Below are positions 39,085 through 48,658 of a DNA stretch of 64,000 bases, piece by piece. The translations under genes were made by a program, and so were the position numbers. The first letter of the stretch is position 1. Every line of letters starts with the position of its first letter. The DNA is taken from contig JBBCGO010000001.1 in NCBI GenBank assembly GCA_037200925.1, positions 511,698 to 575,697 of the forward strand, in the 5' to 3' direction. The notes below the pieces were generated by a model. It was not told the DNA's origin and did not search any database. It worked only from the letters and a program-made list of their open reading frames with translations. The DNA comes from Candidatus Doudnabacteria bacterium. GTDB taxonomy: Bacteria; Patescibacteriota; Doudnabacteria; UBA920; O2-02-FULL-48-8.

Positions 39085-39552
39085 TTATTTCAACGGCACG
39101 GGCTGAGGGATAGGTGCCGGAGATTTATATAACTGAGGATCAATAGTGCGGTCAAAACACACGTGGCCGGCAGCATGCTGCCAATTATCCGGTCCCGGAT
39201 AGATCATAGGCACAGCCCGTAAGTTCTGATCGCCTTCGCTAGGCAGGCTGAAACTGGCGCAAAGTTGAAAGTTTAGATTTGAACTCACGGAATATTCATA
39301 ATCCGCACTCGTTTGAGGGTCCTTTGGAGCTGTAAATCCCGAAATATTATCAGTCAAATTTGAAAGATTCGCAGGCAGACTCCCTTTTTGCTGCCAGTAA
39401 CTCAAGACCTGACCCTGGATGATCTGCAGATCCGACACGCGCCTATTATCAAAATTCAGCGACCGCTGCCTGGCCGGACTGCCGACTATGAAAAATGCGG
39501 CCACCACAATTGCCAAGACCAAAATACAAACCGGGATAATAAACCACTTCAT
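39085..39552 (-). CDS. Membrane-anchored protein with pilin-like features
   Basis: TM, then GSP..QR...FD.RRVSDL..I, PKDPQT...YEY, LCA.F. Confidence 0.75.
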   Translation of the reverse strand: MKWFIIPVCILVLAIVVAAFFIVGSPARQRSLNFDNRRVSDLQIIQGQVLSYWQQKGSLPANLSNLTDNISGFTAPKDPQTSADYEYSVSSNLNFQLCASFSLPSEGDQNLRAVPMIYPGPDNWQHAAGHVCFDRTIDPQLYKSPAPIPQPVPLK

Positions 39553-40031
39553 ACTGCGGCTCCTTCATCTTTCTTGCGCAAATCCTTGAGGTAGTAAAAG
39601 AAAATCAAACCGGCTACCAGAAGAACAATTAAAATCTTTAAGATAAATCTTACAGTCAATTCTCCGCCTGAAAGATTATAAACCAGTGTGACGATATCAA
39701 TGATTATTGTGATCGCAGAAAGAAATAATGTTAAATACCCAAGCCACTTGCGTACGCGGATCTCATGCCGAATCGGGTCTTTGGCAAAGTCGCGGTTGAT
39801 CAGCCACATTATCCAGACATAAACCGGAAACATCACGATCAGCATCGAGGCTGACCAGCGGATAGTTTGGACCGATCCGTAACTGTAGTTCAGCACATCC
39901 GGGTACCAGGTGTTAATTAACTGGAAAGCCAAAGTAATAAAGCTTATGGCACTGCCGTACAAAGTTACGATCGCCAAAAGGTGCAAAAATACATCTCTGG
40001 GCGTGCTTTTTGGAGCAATGGATTCGGTCAT
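39549..40031 (-). CDS. DUF5671-like four-TM membrane protein
   Basis: PRDVFLHL, IRW..SMLIV.FPVY, RKWL.YLTLF, GELT.RF.LK. Confidence 0.75.
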   Translation of the reverse strand: MTESIAPKSTPRDVFLHLLAIVTLYGSAISFITLAFQLINTWYPDVLNYSYGSVQTIRWSASMLIVMFPVYVWIMWLINRDFAKDPIRHEIRVRKWLGYLTLFLSAITIIIDIVTLVYNLSGGELTVRFILKILIVLLVAGLIFFYYLKDLRKKDEGAAV

Positions 40032-40101
40032 AAAAATATAGATTAATAGCGCAAGCTAAGTATAAACTAAATGCCAAATGCACTCAAGGTTGATTATTGC
40101 G

Positions 40102-42945
40102 TTACTTCACTTTTTCTTTTACTTGTTTCAACACCTTTGCCAAATATTGGCCGGTGTAGCTTTTCTTAACTTTCGCCACGTCTTCCGGCGTCCCCATGGC
40201 CACAACTTCCCCGCCCTTGTTCCCGCCTTCCGGTCCAAGGTCGATGACCCAGTCCGCGGATTTGATGACGTCCAAGTTATGTTCAATAACCAGAACAGTA
40301 TTTCCTTTTTCCACCAGGCGAGCCAAGACGCCCATCAGCCTTTTCACATCGTCAAAGTGCAGACCGGTCGTGGGCTCGTCCAAAATATAAAGAGTTCGGC
40401 CGGTTGAGGCGCGGGATAATTCTGAAGATAATTTGATGCGCTGGGCTTCCCCGCCGGACAAAGTCGTGGCCTGCTGGCCCAAATGCATGTAGCCCAAGCC
40501 CACCAAAGATAAGGTCTCCAGTTTGCGCGCGATCAGGGGAACCGCGCGGAAGAAGACGTGCGCTTCATCCACTGTCATTTCCAGAACCTCGGAAATATTC
40601 TTGCTTTTATAATGGATATCCAGAGCTTCCTTATTGTAGCGCTTGCCTTTGCATTCCTCGCACGCCACATATACGTCCGGCAAAAAATGCATTTCAATTT
40701 TTATCACGCCGTCGCCGCCGCAAACCTCGCATCTGCCGCCTTTGACATTGAAACTGAACCGGCCGGCTTTGTAGCCGCGCATCCTGGCTTCCTGGGTTGA
40801 GGCGAACAGATCCCTGATATATGTAAACACGCCGGTGTATGTTGCGGGATTGGATCTCGGGGTCCTCCCGATCGGCGACTGGTCAATGTTAATGACCTTG
40901 TCTATATTTTCAATGCCCAAAAGTTTCTTGTGCTCGCCCGGGGATTCTTTGGCATTGTAAAAATAGGCGGACAAGGCTTTGGCCAGGATCTCGTTGAGCA
41001 GGGTGGACTTACCCGAACCGGAAACTCCGGTCAGACAGACAAATTTGCCCAGCGGAATCTCCACATCAATGTTTTTCAGATTGAATTCCGAAGCGCCGAT
41101 TATTTTCAATGTCTTGCCATTGCCTTTTTTGCGCGCTGTCGGGACCGCGACCAATTCCGTGCCGGCCAAGTACCTGCCGGTCAGGGAATTCTTATCTTTT
41201 GCCACCTGCGCCGGAGTTCCTTCAGACACGACTTCCCCGCCGTGCTTGCCGGCTCCGGGACCTATGTCCACGACCCAGTCGGATTCCCAGATGGTTTCCT
41301 CGTCATGCTCCACCACGATCACGGTGTTGCCCAGGTCGCGCAGATTTTTCAATGTTTTCAGCAGTCTCGCATTGTCGCGCTGATGCAGACCGATCGACGG
41401 CTCGTCCAAAATATACAGCACGCCCGTCAGACCGGAACCGATCTGCGTGGCTAGACGAATTCTTTGGGCTTCCCCGCCCGACAAAGTATCCGCGCTGCGG
41501 TCCAATGTCAGATAATCCAGCCCGACGTCCTGCAAAAATTTCAACCTCGCCACGATTTCCTTGAAGATCTGATGAGCGATCTTCAGATCTTTCTCGCCCA
41601 GTTTCTTCGGCAAGTTTTCAGTAAATTTCACAGCTTCATCAATATCAAAATTAGACACATCCACGATGGATTTGCCGTCAATGGTCACGGCCAAAAACTC
41701 GGGCCGCAATCTTTTGCCTTTGCAGGTAGGGCATTTGCGGATGCGCATGTACTGCTCTATCTCTCCGCGCATGTAATCCGAATCGGTTTCTTTATACTTG
41801 CGCTCCAGGTTCGGGATCACGCCTTCAAATGTGGTAAACCGCTCGTAGCCTGATTCATCTTCTATTTTAATTTTGCGATCAGCTGTGCCGTACAAAATTA
41901 TGTCCAAAGATTTCTTTTGCAGGTCTTTTACCGGTACGTGCACTGAAAAACCGTATTCTTCTGCAATTGCCTCAAGCACTCGCGAATACCATGAGAGCCT
42001 GGAAGTTGTTTTGCTCCACGGCCGGATAGCGCCTTCTGCCAGTGTCAATTTCGGATTGGGGATGACCAGTTCCGCCTCTATTTCAAGCCGCGTACCAAGG
42101 CCCGTGCAGTCGGGACAGGCGCCGTGAGGCGAATTAAATGAAAAATTGCGCGGGTTCAGTTCCGGCAGGTTCATATGCCCTTCCGGACAGGCAAAATTGG
42201 AAGACAGCAGGATCTCTTCTTTTTCATCCCGGAGAATGATCACGGTATCGTTGCCCAGATCAAGCGCGGTTTCCAGAGAATCAGCAAGCCTCGGGCGGTC
42301 CCCGCTGTCCAGAACGATGCGGTCCACTACCACATCGATCGTGTGCTTCTTTTTTTTGTCCACATTCAGCTGCAAAGCTTCCGACAGGTCCATGATGGTG
42401 CCGTCAAACCGCACGCGCTGGTATCCGGTCTTTTTCGCTTCTTCCAAAAGATGCTTATGTTCGCCCTTCATATCTTTGACCAGCGGAGCCAGGATCGCAA
42501 ACTTTGTGCCGGGAGGCCAGCTCATGATCTGGTCCACCATCTGCGTCACTGACTGGCCGGTAATGAGTCGGCCGCAAACCGGACAATGCGGCACGCCCAC
42601 ACGCGCAAACAATAACCGCAGATAATCATAGATCTCGGTCACGGTTCCCACGGTAGACCGAGGGTTATGCGATGCGGATTTCTGGTCAATGGAAATTGCC
42701 GGTGACAATCCTTCTATTTTATCCACATCCGGCTTGTCCATCAGGCCCAAGAACTGCCTAGCATACGCGGACAAGGATTCCACATACCGCCTCTGGCCTT
42801 CCGCATAGATGGTATCAAAGGCCAGAGATGATTTTCCCGAACCCGAAAGACCCGTGATGACCACGAGTTTGTTTCTGGGAATATCCAGGCTGATATTTTT
42901 TAAATTATGGACCCGGGCGCCGCGGATAACGATTTTTTCCTGCAT
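40102..42945 (-). CDS. uvrA: Excinuclease ABC subunit A
   Basis: [19 protein letters not shown], two LSGGEAQR, zinc fingers. Confidence 0.99.
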   Translation of the reverse strand: MQEKIVIRGARVHNLKNISLDIPRNKLVVITGLSGSGKSSLAFDTIYAEGQRRYVESLSAYARQFLGLMDKPDVDKIEGLSPAISIDQKSASHNPRSTVGTVTEIYDYLRLLFARVGVPHCPVCGRLITGQSVTQMVDQIMSWPPGTKFAILAPLVKDMKGEHKHLLEEAKKTGYQRVRFDGTIMDLSEALQLNVDKKKKHTIDVVVDRIVLDSGDRPRLADSLETALDLGNDTVIILRDEKEEILLSSNFACPEGHMNLPELNPRNFSFNSPHGACPDCTGLGTRLEIEAELVIPNPKLTLAEGAIRPWSKTTSRLSWYSRVLEAIAEEYGFSVHVPVKDLQKKSLDIILYGTADRKIKIEDESGYERFTTFEGVIPNLERKYKETDSDYMRGEIEQYMRIRKCPTCKGKRLRPEFLAVTIDGKSIVDVSNFDIDEAVKFTENLPKKLGEKDLKIAHQIFKEIVARLKFLQDVGLDYLTLDRSADTLSGGEAQRIRLATQIGSGLTGVLYILDEPSIGLHQRDNARLLKTLKNLRDLGNTVIVVEHDEETIWESDWVVDIGPGAGKHGGEVVSEGTPAQVAKDKNSLTGRYLAGTELVAVPTARKKGNGKTLKIIGASEFNLKNIDVEIPLGKFVCLTGVSGSGKSTLLNEILAKALSAYFYNAKESPGEHKKLLGIENIDKVINIDQSPIGRTPRSNPATYTGVFTYIRDLFASTQEARMRGYKAGRFSFNVKGGRCEVCGGDGVIKIEMHFLPDVYVACEECKGKRYNKEALDIHYKSKNISEVLEMTVDEAHVFFRAVPLIARKLETLSLVGLGYMHLGQQATTLSGGEAQRIKLSSELSRASTGRTLYILDEPTTGLHFDDVKRLMGVLARLVEKGNTVLVIEHNLDVIKSADWVIDLGPEGGNKGGEVVAMGTPEDVAKVKKSYTGQYLAKVLKQVKEKVK

Positions 42946-43145
42946 ATAGGGGTCACTTTCAGGTTTCAAAAATAGCAACGATTAGTAAGCCCTGTTCGTA
43001 AAGGGCCTAAATAAGCCAACCTAGTATATATAAAAAAAACCGCCAGCGCAAGGGGGCGACCCTCAAAAGTACTGAGCATGCTCGGTAGCAAAATATTTAA
43101 ATAAAAAACCGCCCGGAGTTACCCGGACGGTTTTAAAATTCGATC

Positions 43146-44120
43146 TTAAATATTCAGCTGGTCGTCCTGGCGGGTGCTGATCGTTCCGCCCTGCGGTATC
43201 AGCCGGTCAAGGCTGTTGGCAGGAACCACTTCTCCTAATTTAAATCCCCAAGAATTAAACACAGCCATGCTCGGGATGCCGACCCGGTTGCTGCTCTTCT
43301 GAAGATAGATCGTGCCTGTGTCGTTTATGAGGGTTCCGTCAGGATGCGGAATACTTGAGAGTGCGATCGGCGGCAAGGTCACCATAAACGAGGTGTCGCC
43401 AGATGCCGCATTCTCAAATTTATAACCAAGCCCCAAGAATGCCGTCGGAGTAGTAAAACCCGTGCGGTAACCGTTGGTGATCAGATAGATCGTGCCTTGA
43501 TCATTAATCAAGGATCCGTTTCTGGGCGGGATATAGTAAGTTGCGGAAGTGTTTGAACCTGTAGGCGTGTAGATCGTCAGAGGCAGGCTCATATCGCCTG
43601 TGGTTGCGGGCATGACAGCTTGCCAGTTGTTAAAGCCATAAGACAGGAAAGCTCCGGCTGAAGTGTAGGGACTTCGGTGCGCCGATTGCAGACGGTACAC
43701 TGTCCCGTCCGTTCCGAGGATGTTGGTATTATCAAGATGAGCAGGCCCGACAACTCCGCTGACCCCGTTCGCATTCACGGTCAAACTGAACGGCTTGCTG
43801 GCGGTTTGCGAATTATATAGAACGTTCAAGGTAAAATTATAAGCTCCGGCTGTTGTCGGAATACCGAAAAGCGTGACCGACTGCAGGTCCGGACCGGCGC
43901 CCACACTAATTCCGGCGGGCAGACTGCCGTTAGTAATGGACGTGCTGAAACCTAAAGCAGTGCCGGTAAATCCGATATTTGTAGAATAAAGAGTTCCTAC
44001 TTGGGCAGAAGGCAAAGCGGAAGGGGTGGTGATCGAGAGAGATGATACTTGAGCCTCTGCCGTAATTGCGGCGAAACTTAAAAAAGTTGCTAATATTGCT
44101 ATTTTTGTAATTTTTTTCAT
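43146..44120 (-). CDS. Secreted surface protein: Ig-like domain plus triple-repeat C-terminal domain (paralogue of 57798-59321)
   Basis: Signal peptide AEA; ITT..LP.A.VG..YS, G.PT.AG.YNF; repeats G.LIND.GTIY. Confidence 0.8.
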   Translation of the reverse strand: MKKITKIAILATFLSFAAITAEAQVSSLSITTPSALPSAQVGTLYSTNIGFTGTALGFSTSITNGSLPAGISVGAGPDLQSVTLFGIPTTAGAYNFTLNVLYNSQTASKPFSLTVNANGVSGVVGPAHLDNTNILGTDGTVYRLQSAHRSPYTSAGAFLSYGFNNWQAVMPATTGDMSLPLTIYTPTGSNTSATYYIPPRNGSLINDQGTIYLITNGYRTGFTTPTAFLGLGYKFENAASGDTSFMVTLPPIALSSIPHPDGTLINDTGTIYLQKSSNRVGIPSMAVFNSWGFKLGEVVPANSLDRLIPQGGTISTRQDDQLNI

Positions 44121-44229
44121 AATTTTTTTATTAATTTTCTTGTCTAAACACTATACAACTGAATAATTATCGTGTCCAGTCTATTTGTTCACACTGGCAA
44201 TTATAAAGCCTCATCAGTACAATAAGTAT

Positions 44230-46005
44230 ATGCAAAAATTGTTGGCTGAAAAACTTAATGATCTTCCCCAAAAACCCGGAGTATATATTTTCAAAGACAC
44301 CCATGGGTTGGTTTTATACGTGGGCAAAGCCGTCAGACTAAAAAATCGCGTTTCCTCTTATTTTAAAAAAGGCACGGACGATGGCCGGGGTCCCAGGATC
44401 CAATTGATGATCTCACAGATAAAAGATCTGGATTTCACGGTGACGGATAACGAACTCGAGAGTTTGATCTTGGAAAATAATTTTATCAAACAGCTGAAAC
44501 CAAAGTACAACGTCATGCTGCGCGATGATAAAAATTATATTTTCCTGAAGATCAATCTTAAGGATGAGATCCCGACCATTGATTACGACCGCAAACCGAC
44601 TGACAAGAACGCGCGTTACTTCGGGCCGTACACTTCATCCATGGCCATCAAGGATACTCTGCGTCTGGTGCGGAAGATCTTCCCTTACTGCGCCAATTCC
44701 AAAGTTTCCAGCAAGCCCTGCTTTTATTACCACATCGGCAAGTGCCCGGGCGTTTGCTTCGGCAAAATTTCCCTGGAAGAATACCGCGAGAACTACATCA
44801 AAAAGATCATCAAGTTCCTGGAGGGGCGGCAAAATGAAATTTTGTCGCAACTCAAGATCCAGATGCGAGGTTACGCCAGATCAAGAATGTTTGAAAAAGC
44901 CGCAAAGGTCCGCGACCAGATATTTGCTTTAAATCGCGTTCTGGAACGCCAGAAACTGGTTTATCCAGCCAAGATCGATCAGGATATCTTTTCGCTTTAT
45001 CAGGATGGAGTGGCCAGCGTCAATTTATTCGTCATCCGCGAAGGCAAGCTTATCCAAAAAGAAAATTTCATTCTGGAAAACACCAAACAGTTGCCGGCGA
45101 AAGAAATTTTGGAACAATTTTTACCCAAATATTATCTGGATGCGTCCAATCTGCCGAAAGAGATATTATTGCCGGTAAAGATCAATGAAACAGAGTTGCA
45201 GCCGGCTTTTACTGCGCGAAGATTTCCAAAAATCCTCGTTCCGTCGCGCGGACCCAAAGAAAGACTGATCAAACTCGGTGCAGAAAATGCCCGGCAATAT
45301 CTGGAGAGCACGTCTGATAAAAAACTGCTGGAAGAAGCGCGCCTGCTAAGCTCGCTTAAGGAATTGCAGCGCGTGCTGGATCTGCCGGAACTGCCGGCAA
45401 GGATCGAAGCTTACGATATTTCAAACATCCAGGGCACTAATCCCGTCGGCTCCATGATCGTATTTGATTTCGGAAAGCGGAAAAAAGATGATTACCGGAA
45501 ATTCAAGATTAACAAAAAACAAACTCCGGATGATTTCGCCATGATGCGCGAAATGCTGGAGCGCAGATTTAAAAATGAGTGGCCAAAACCGAACCTTATC
45601 CTCATTGACGGCGGCAAAGGCCAGCTTAATGCAGCGCTTTCGGTGCTGCATGATCCAAACTACAAACTACAAATCCCGATCATTGGCCTGGCCAAACGTC
45701 TGGAAGAAATTTTTCTGCCGGGCCGAAAAAATCCTATTGTACTTCCGAACAATTCCATCGCCTTATTTCTGCTCCAAAGGATCCGCGACGAGGCTCACCG
45801 GTTCGCAGTCAGGTATCACCGGCACCTTCGGTCCCGCGGCTCGCTGTCTTCAGTTTTGGATGAGATCAGCGGCATCGGCCCGGCCAAAAAGAAAAAACTA
45901 TTGCAAAAATTCGGCTCCGCCGGCCATGTCAGGCAGGCCAGCATCACGGATATCGCCGTAGTCGTGGGCACGAAACTGGCGGAAAAATTAAAAGCCAGTC
46001 TTTGA
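44230..46005 (+). CDS. uvrC: Excinuclease ABC subunit C
   Basis: PGVYIF..LYVGKA..LKNRVSSYF, IEAYDISN, LIDGGKGQL, RIRDEAHRFA, GIGP. Confidence 0.98.
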   Translation: MQKLLAEKLNDLPQKPGVYIFKDTHGLVLYVGKAVRLKNRVSSYFKKGTDDGRGPRIQLMISQIKDLDFTVTDNELESLILENNFIKQLKPKYNVMLRDDKNYIFLKINLKDEIPTIDYDRKPTDKNARYFGPYTSSMAIKDTLRLVRKIFPYCANSKVSSKPCFYYHIGKCPGVCFGKISLEEYRENYIKKIIKFLEGRQNEILSQLKIQMRGYARSRMFEKAAKVRDQIFALNRVLERQKLVYPAKIDQDIFSLYQDGVASVNLFVIREGKLIQKENFILENTKQLPAKEILEQFLPKYYLDASNLPKEILLPVKINETELQPAFTARRFPKILVPSRGPKERLIKLGAENARQYLESTSDKKLLEEARLLSSLKELQRVLDLPELPARIEAYDISNIQGTNPVGSMIVFDFGKRKKDDYRKFKINKKQTPDDFAMMREMLERRFKNEWPKPNLILIDGGKGQLNAALSVLHDPNYKLQIPIIGLAKRLEEIFLPGRKNPIVLPNNSIALFLLQRIRDEAHRFAVRYHRHLRSRGSLSSVLDEISGIGPAKKKKLLQKFGSAGHVRQASITDIAVVVGTKLAEKLKASL

Positions 46006-46084
46006 CACCGGACGCATTTTCTGGCAATATACTTGGGCAATTCTTTTGGCCTTTGACTTTTAACTTTTGACTTATTTTATGCAT

Positions 46085-46306
46085 ATGTCCAAAAACATTT
46101 TGATCTTTACCCTTATCGCCGTTGACGTGCTGCTGATCATCAGCATCCTGCTGCAGCAGCGCGAAGGCGGGTTGTCCACTGTGTTTGGCGGTGAAGGCAA
46201 TGTCTACCGTTCCAAACGCGGCATCGCGTTGGGCCTCCATTACTTTACTATTGTCCTGGTCGTCGTGTTTGTGGCTCTGTCCGCTCTCATCGTCTTCCTG
46301 AAATAG
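46085..46306 (+). CDS. secG: Preprotein translocase subunit SecG
   Basis: ILLQQREGGLSTVFGG...RSKRG; two TM segments. Confidence 0.92.
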   Translation: MSKNILIFTLIAVDVLLIISILLQQREGGLSTVFGGEGNVYRSKRGIALGLHYFTIVLVVVFVALSALIVFLK

Positions 46307-46411
46307 ATCCCCACACCAAACGAAACGACATGATTATGTATATTCAACTATTGTTTAATTCAAAAAAAATAATTTTATCTCCTGCATATTTATCCGTTAT
46401 GGTGTGGGGAT
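46307..46411. repeat. REP-like palindrome copy 3, arms separated by ~80-bp AT-rich interior (MITE-like)
   Basis: ATCCCCACACCA...TGGTGTGGGGAT. Confidence 0.75.
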
Positions 46412-46414
46412 AAA

Positions 46415-48160
46415 ATGAGCAATCTTTGGTTGCAATTCAAAACTTTTTTTAAGAATTTGTGGGTCGGCACAAAGTCAATCCGAGGGCTTAAACGCCATCA
46501 GATCCCCCACATCCTGGAAAATTTTTCAAAAAAAGAAGTCTATACTCTCATCGCGGCCCTGCTGATATTTGTCCTGTCAGGAGGATTTTTGATTATTCAG
46601 GGCTTCCAGGATCACAGTATGGGCCCGCATTACGGCGGAGAGCTGACCGAAGGGCTTGTGGGCGAGCCTCAATTCATTAACCCTGTTCTTTCGGAAACTT
46701 CAGGAGTAGATATGGATCTGACCAAGTTGGTCTATGCGCAACTTTTGAAATTTGACGACCAGGAAAAGCTCGCTCCTGATCTGGCGGAAAGTCTTCCTGA
46801 TGTTTCCAAAGATCAGAAAACTTATACGCTTAAGCTCAAACCCGGCTTGAAATGGCAGGACGGCCAGGCGATTACGGCGGATGACGTGCTGTTCACGATC
46901 CAAACCATCCAAAACACCGAATACCAGTCGCCGCTGCGCCCCAACTGGGCCAGGGTCAAGGTCACAAAAATAGATGACCTGACCTTAACTTTCGTGCTGC
47001 GCGAGGTTTCCGCTTCTTTTGCCACCAACTTCACTCTGGGGATTTTGCCCAAGCATATCTGGGAACCTATCCCGGCTCAAAATTTCCAGCTGACCGACGA
47101 CAATCTCAAACCGGTCGGCTCCGGCCCTTTTACCGTCTCGGAGATAAAAAAAACCTCAAACGGCACGATCAAATCCATAACTTTGCGCGCCAACGATCAG
47201 TACTATCAAGGATCGCCTTTCCTAAACCAGATCACATTCAAATTTTACGATGACTACGACAGTCTGATCGCAGCTTTCCAAGGCAAGGAGATCCAAAGTT
47301 TGGGTATTGTTCCTTTTGATCAAAAAGCCTTCCTGGGCACTTCCGATAAAACCAGCCAGTATCGGATCAATCTGCCCCAATATCAGGCTGTTTTTTTCAA
47401 TCTTCCAAAAAATCCGATCTTGAACCAAAAAGCCGTACGCCAAGCCCTCTGGCTTGCCACCGACCGCGATGCAATTATCAAAAACGCTTATCTGGGCAAT
47501 GCGGTTCCGGCTTACGGCCCGATCTTGGAAGGAAGCTTGGGCTACAATCCGAGCATCGCCCAAAGCATTCATACCAATATTGATGAAGCCTCGGCTATTT
47601 TAGATAAGGCCGGCTGGGTTCTGGATCCGGGAACAAATATTCGGATGAAAAATAAAAAGCCGCTGGAATTCAATCTTGCGACCACCAGTAATCTGGTGAT
47701 CAACGTCAAAGCCGCGCAGATCCTGCAAAGCCAGTGGGCAAAGATAGGCGCCAAAGTCGATCTGACCATAGTCAATTCCCATGACCTGGAAACGCAGTAC
47801 ATCCGACCGCGGGCTTTTGATGCGCTGCTTTTTTCAGAAAACGTCGGGGCCGATCCTGACCCGTTCCCTTTTTGGCAAAGCAGCCAGGCCCACGATCCCG
47901 GCTTGAATCTTTCGGGTTTTTCCGATGCCGAGACGGACAAACTTTTAACGGAAGCGCGGCAAACTTCTGATCCGGCTGTGCGCACCAAAGATTATCTGCG
48001 CTTCCAGGAGATCATCAATGACCAGTTGCCGGCTATCTTCCTGGTCCGTTCACTTTATATTTACAATGTGCCGAAAAATCTTCACGGCATCGATCTGAAC
48101 AACATCATCCATCCTTCCGAGCGCTTCCTGGACGTCAATCACTGGTATTTTGGGAATTAA
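46415..48160 (+). CDS. Peptide ABC transporter substrate-binding protein (family 5)
   Basis: GG.LTEG..G.P.FINP, PDLAES, WQDG..ITADDV.FT, PVGSGPF. Confidence 0.9.
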   Translation: MSNLWLQFKTFFKNLWVGTKSIRGLKRHQIPHILENFSKKEVYTLIAALLIFVLSGGFLIIQGFQDHSMGPHYGGELTEGLVGEPQFINPVLSETSGVDMDLTKLVYAQLLKFDDQEKLAPDLAESLPDVSKDQKTYTLKLKPGLKWQDGQAITADDVLFTIQTIQNTEYQSPLRPNWARVKVTKIDDLTLTFVLREVSASFATNFTLGILPKHIWEPIPAQNFQLTDDNLKPVGSGPFTVSEIKKTSNGTIKSITLRANDQYYQGSPFLNQITFKFYDDYDSLIAAFQGKEIQSLGIVPFDQKAFLGTSDKTSQYRINLPQYQAVFFNLPKNPILNQKAVRQALWLATDRDAIIKNAYLGNAVPAYGPILEGSLGYNPSIAQSIHTNIDEASAILDKAGWVLDPGTNIRMKNKKPLEFNLATTSNLVINVKAAQILQSQWAKIGAKVDLTIVNSHDLETQYIRPRAFDALLFSENVGADPDPFPFWQSSQAHDPGLNLSGFSDAETDKLLTEARQTSDPAVRTKDYLRFQEIINDQLPAIFLVRSLYIYNVPKNLHGIDLNNIIHPSERFLDVNHWYFGN

Positions 48161-48177
48161 AAAAACGCTGATGCGTT

Positions 48178-48336
48178 TTTTTGGTGGGCGAGAGAGGAGT
48201 CTCAATTCGCGCTGATGCGCTCATGTACGGGGCAGCGCTGAAAGCTACGTGCACTCGCTTTCATCGACGCTCGACTTCGTCTGATGACTGGTCTAGCTTA
48301 TGCCCGTTCGACTCCGAACGTTATCATATTGATTTT
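48178..48336 (-). repeat. tRNA-Leu 3'-end duplication enclosing a structured mini-element
   Basis: TTTTTGGTGGGCGAGAGAGGAGTC at 48178-48201 is identical to 48333-48356. Confidence 0.8.
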
Positions 48337-48422
48337 TGGTGGGCGAGAGAGGAGTCGAACCTCCATGAGATTGCTCTCGCTGGCTCCTGAAGCCAGTGCG
48401 TCTGCCATTCCGCCACTCGCCC
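48337..48422 (-). tRNA. tRNA-Leu(CAG)
   Basis: GGGCGAGTGGCGGAATGGCAGACGC..TT CAG GA..long variable arm..GGTTCGACTCC..CCCACCA. Confidence 0.96.
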
Positions 48423-48658
48423 GTGAAAGTATTATACATATTTTACTGGTTGACACAAAAGCCGTTTAGGTATATACTGTATATACAAAGTTCATCCTGA
48501 AAAATTTGATACCAAAGTCAGTTAATACGAAATAATCCGTAATGTTTTGTTGGTTATTTTGTGTTAATTGGGTGTTTTGGCCAGCGGTTCAGCCCTGCCA
48601 AACCCTTATATATAATTTTAAGTTCGTAAAAGTAACACAGTTACGATAAGAGGTTTTT

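Noticed and set aside
48281-48287. CTGATGA as a hammerhead ribozyme core
   Set aside because: It is paired within the hairpin TCATC-GACG/CGTC-T-GATGA and is not followed by stem II-GAAA.
48178-48356. Prophage or genomic island at tRNA-Leu
   Set aside because: The direct repeats are only 155 bp apart, with no integrase or cargo genes.
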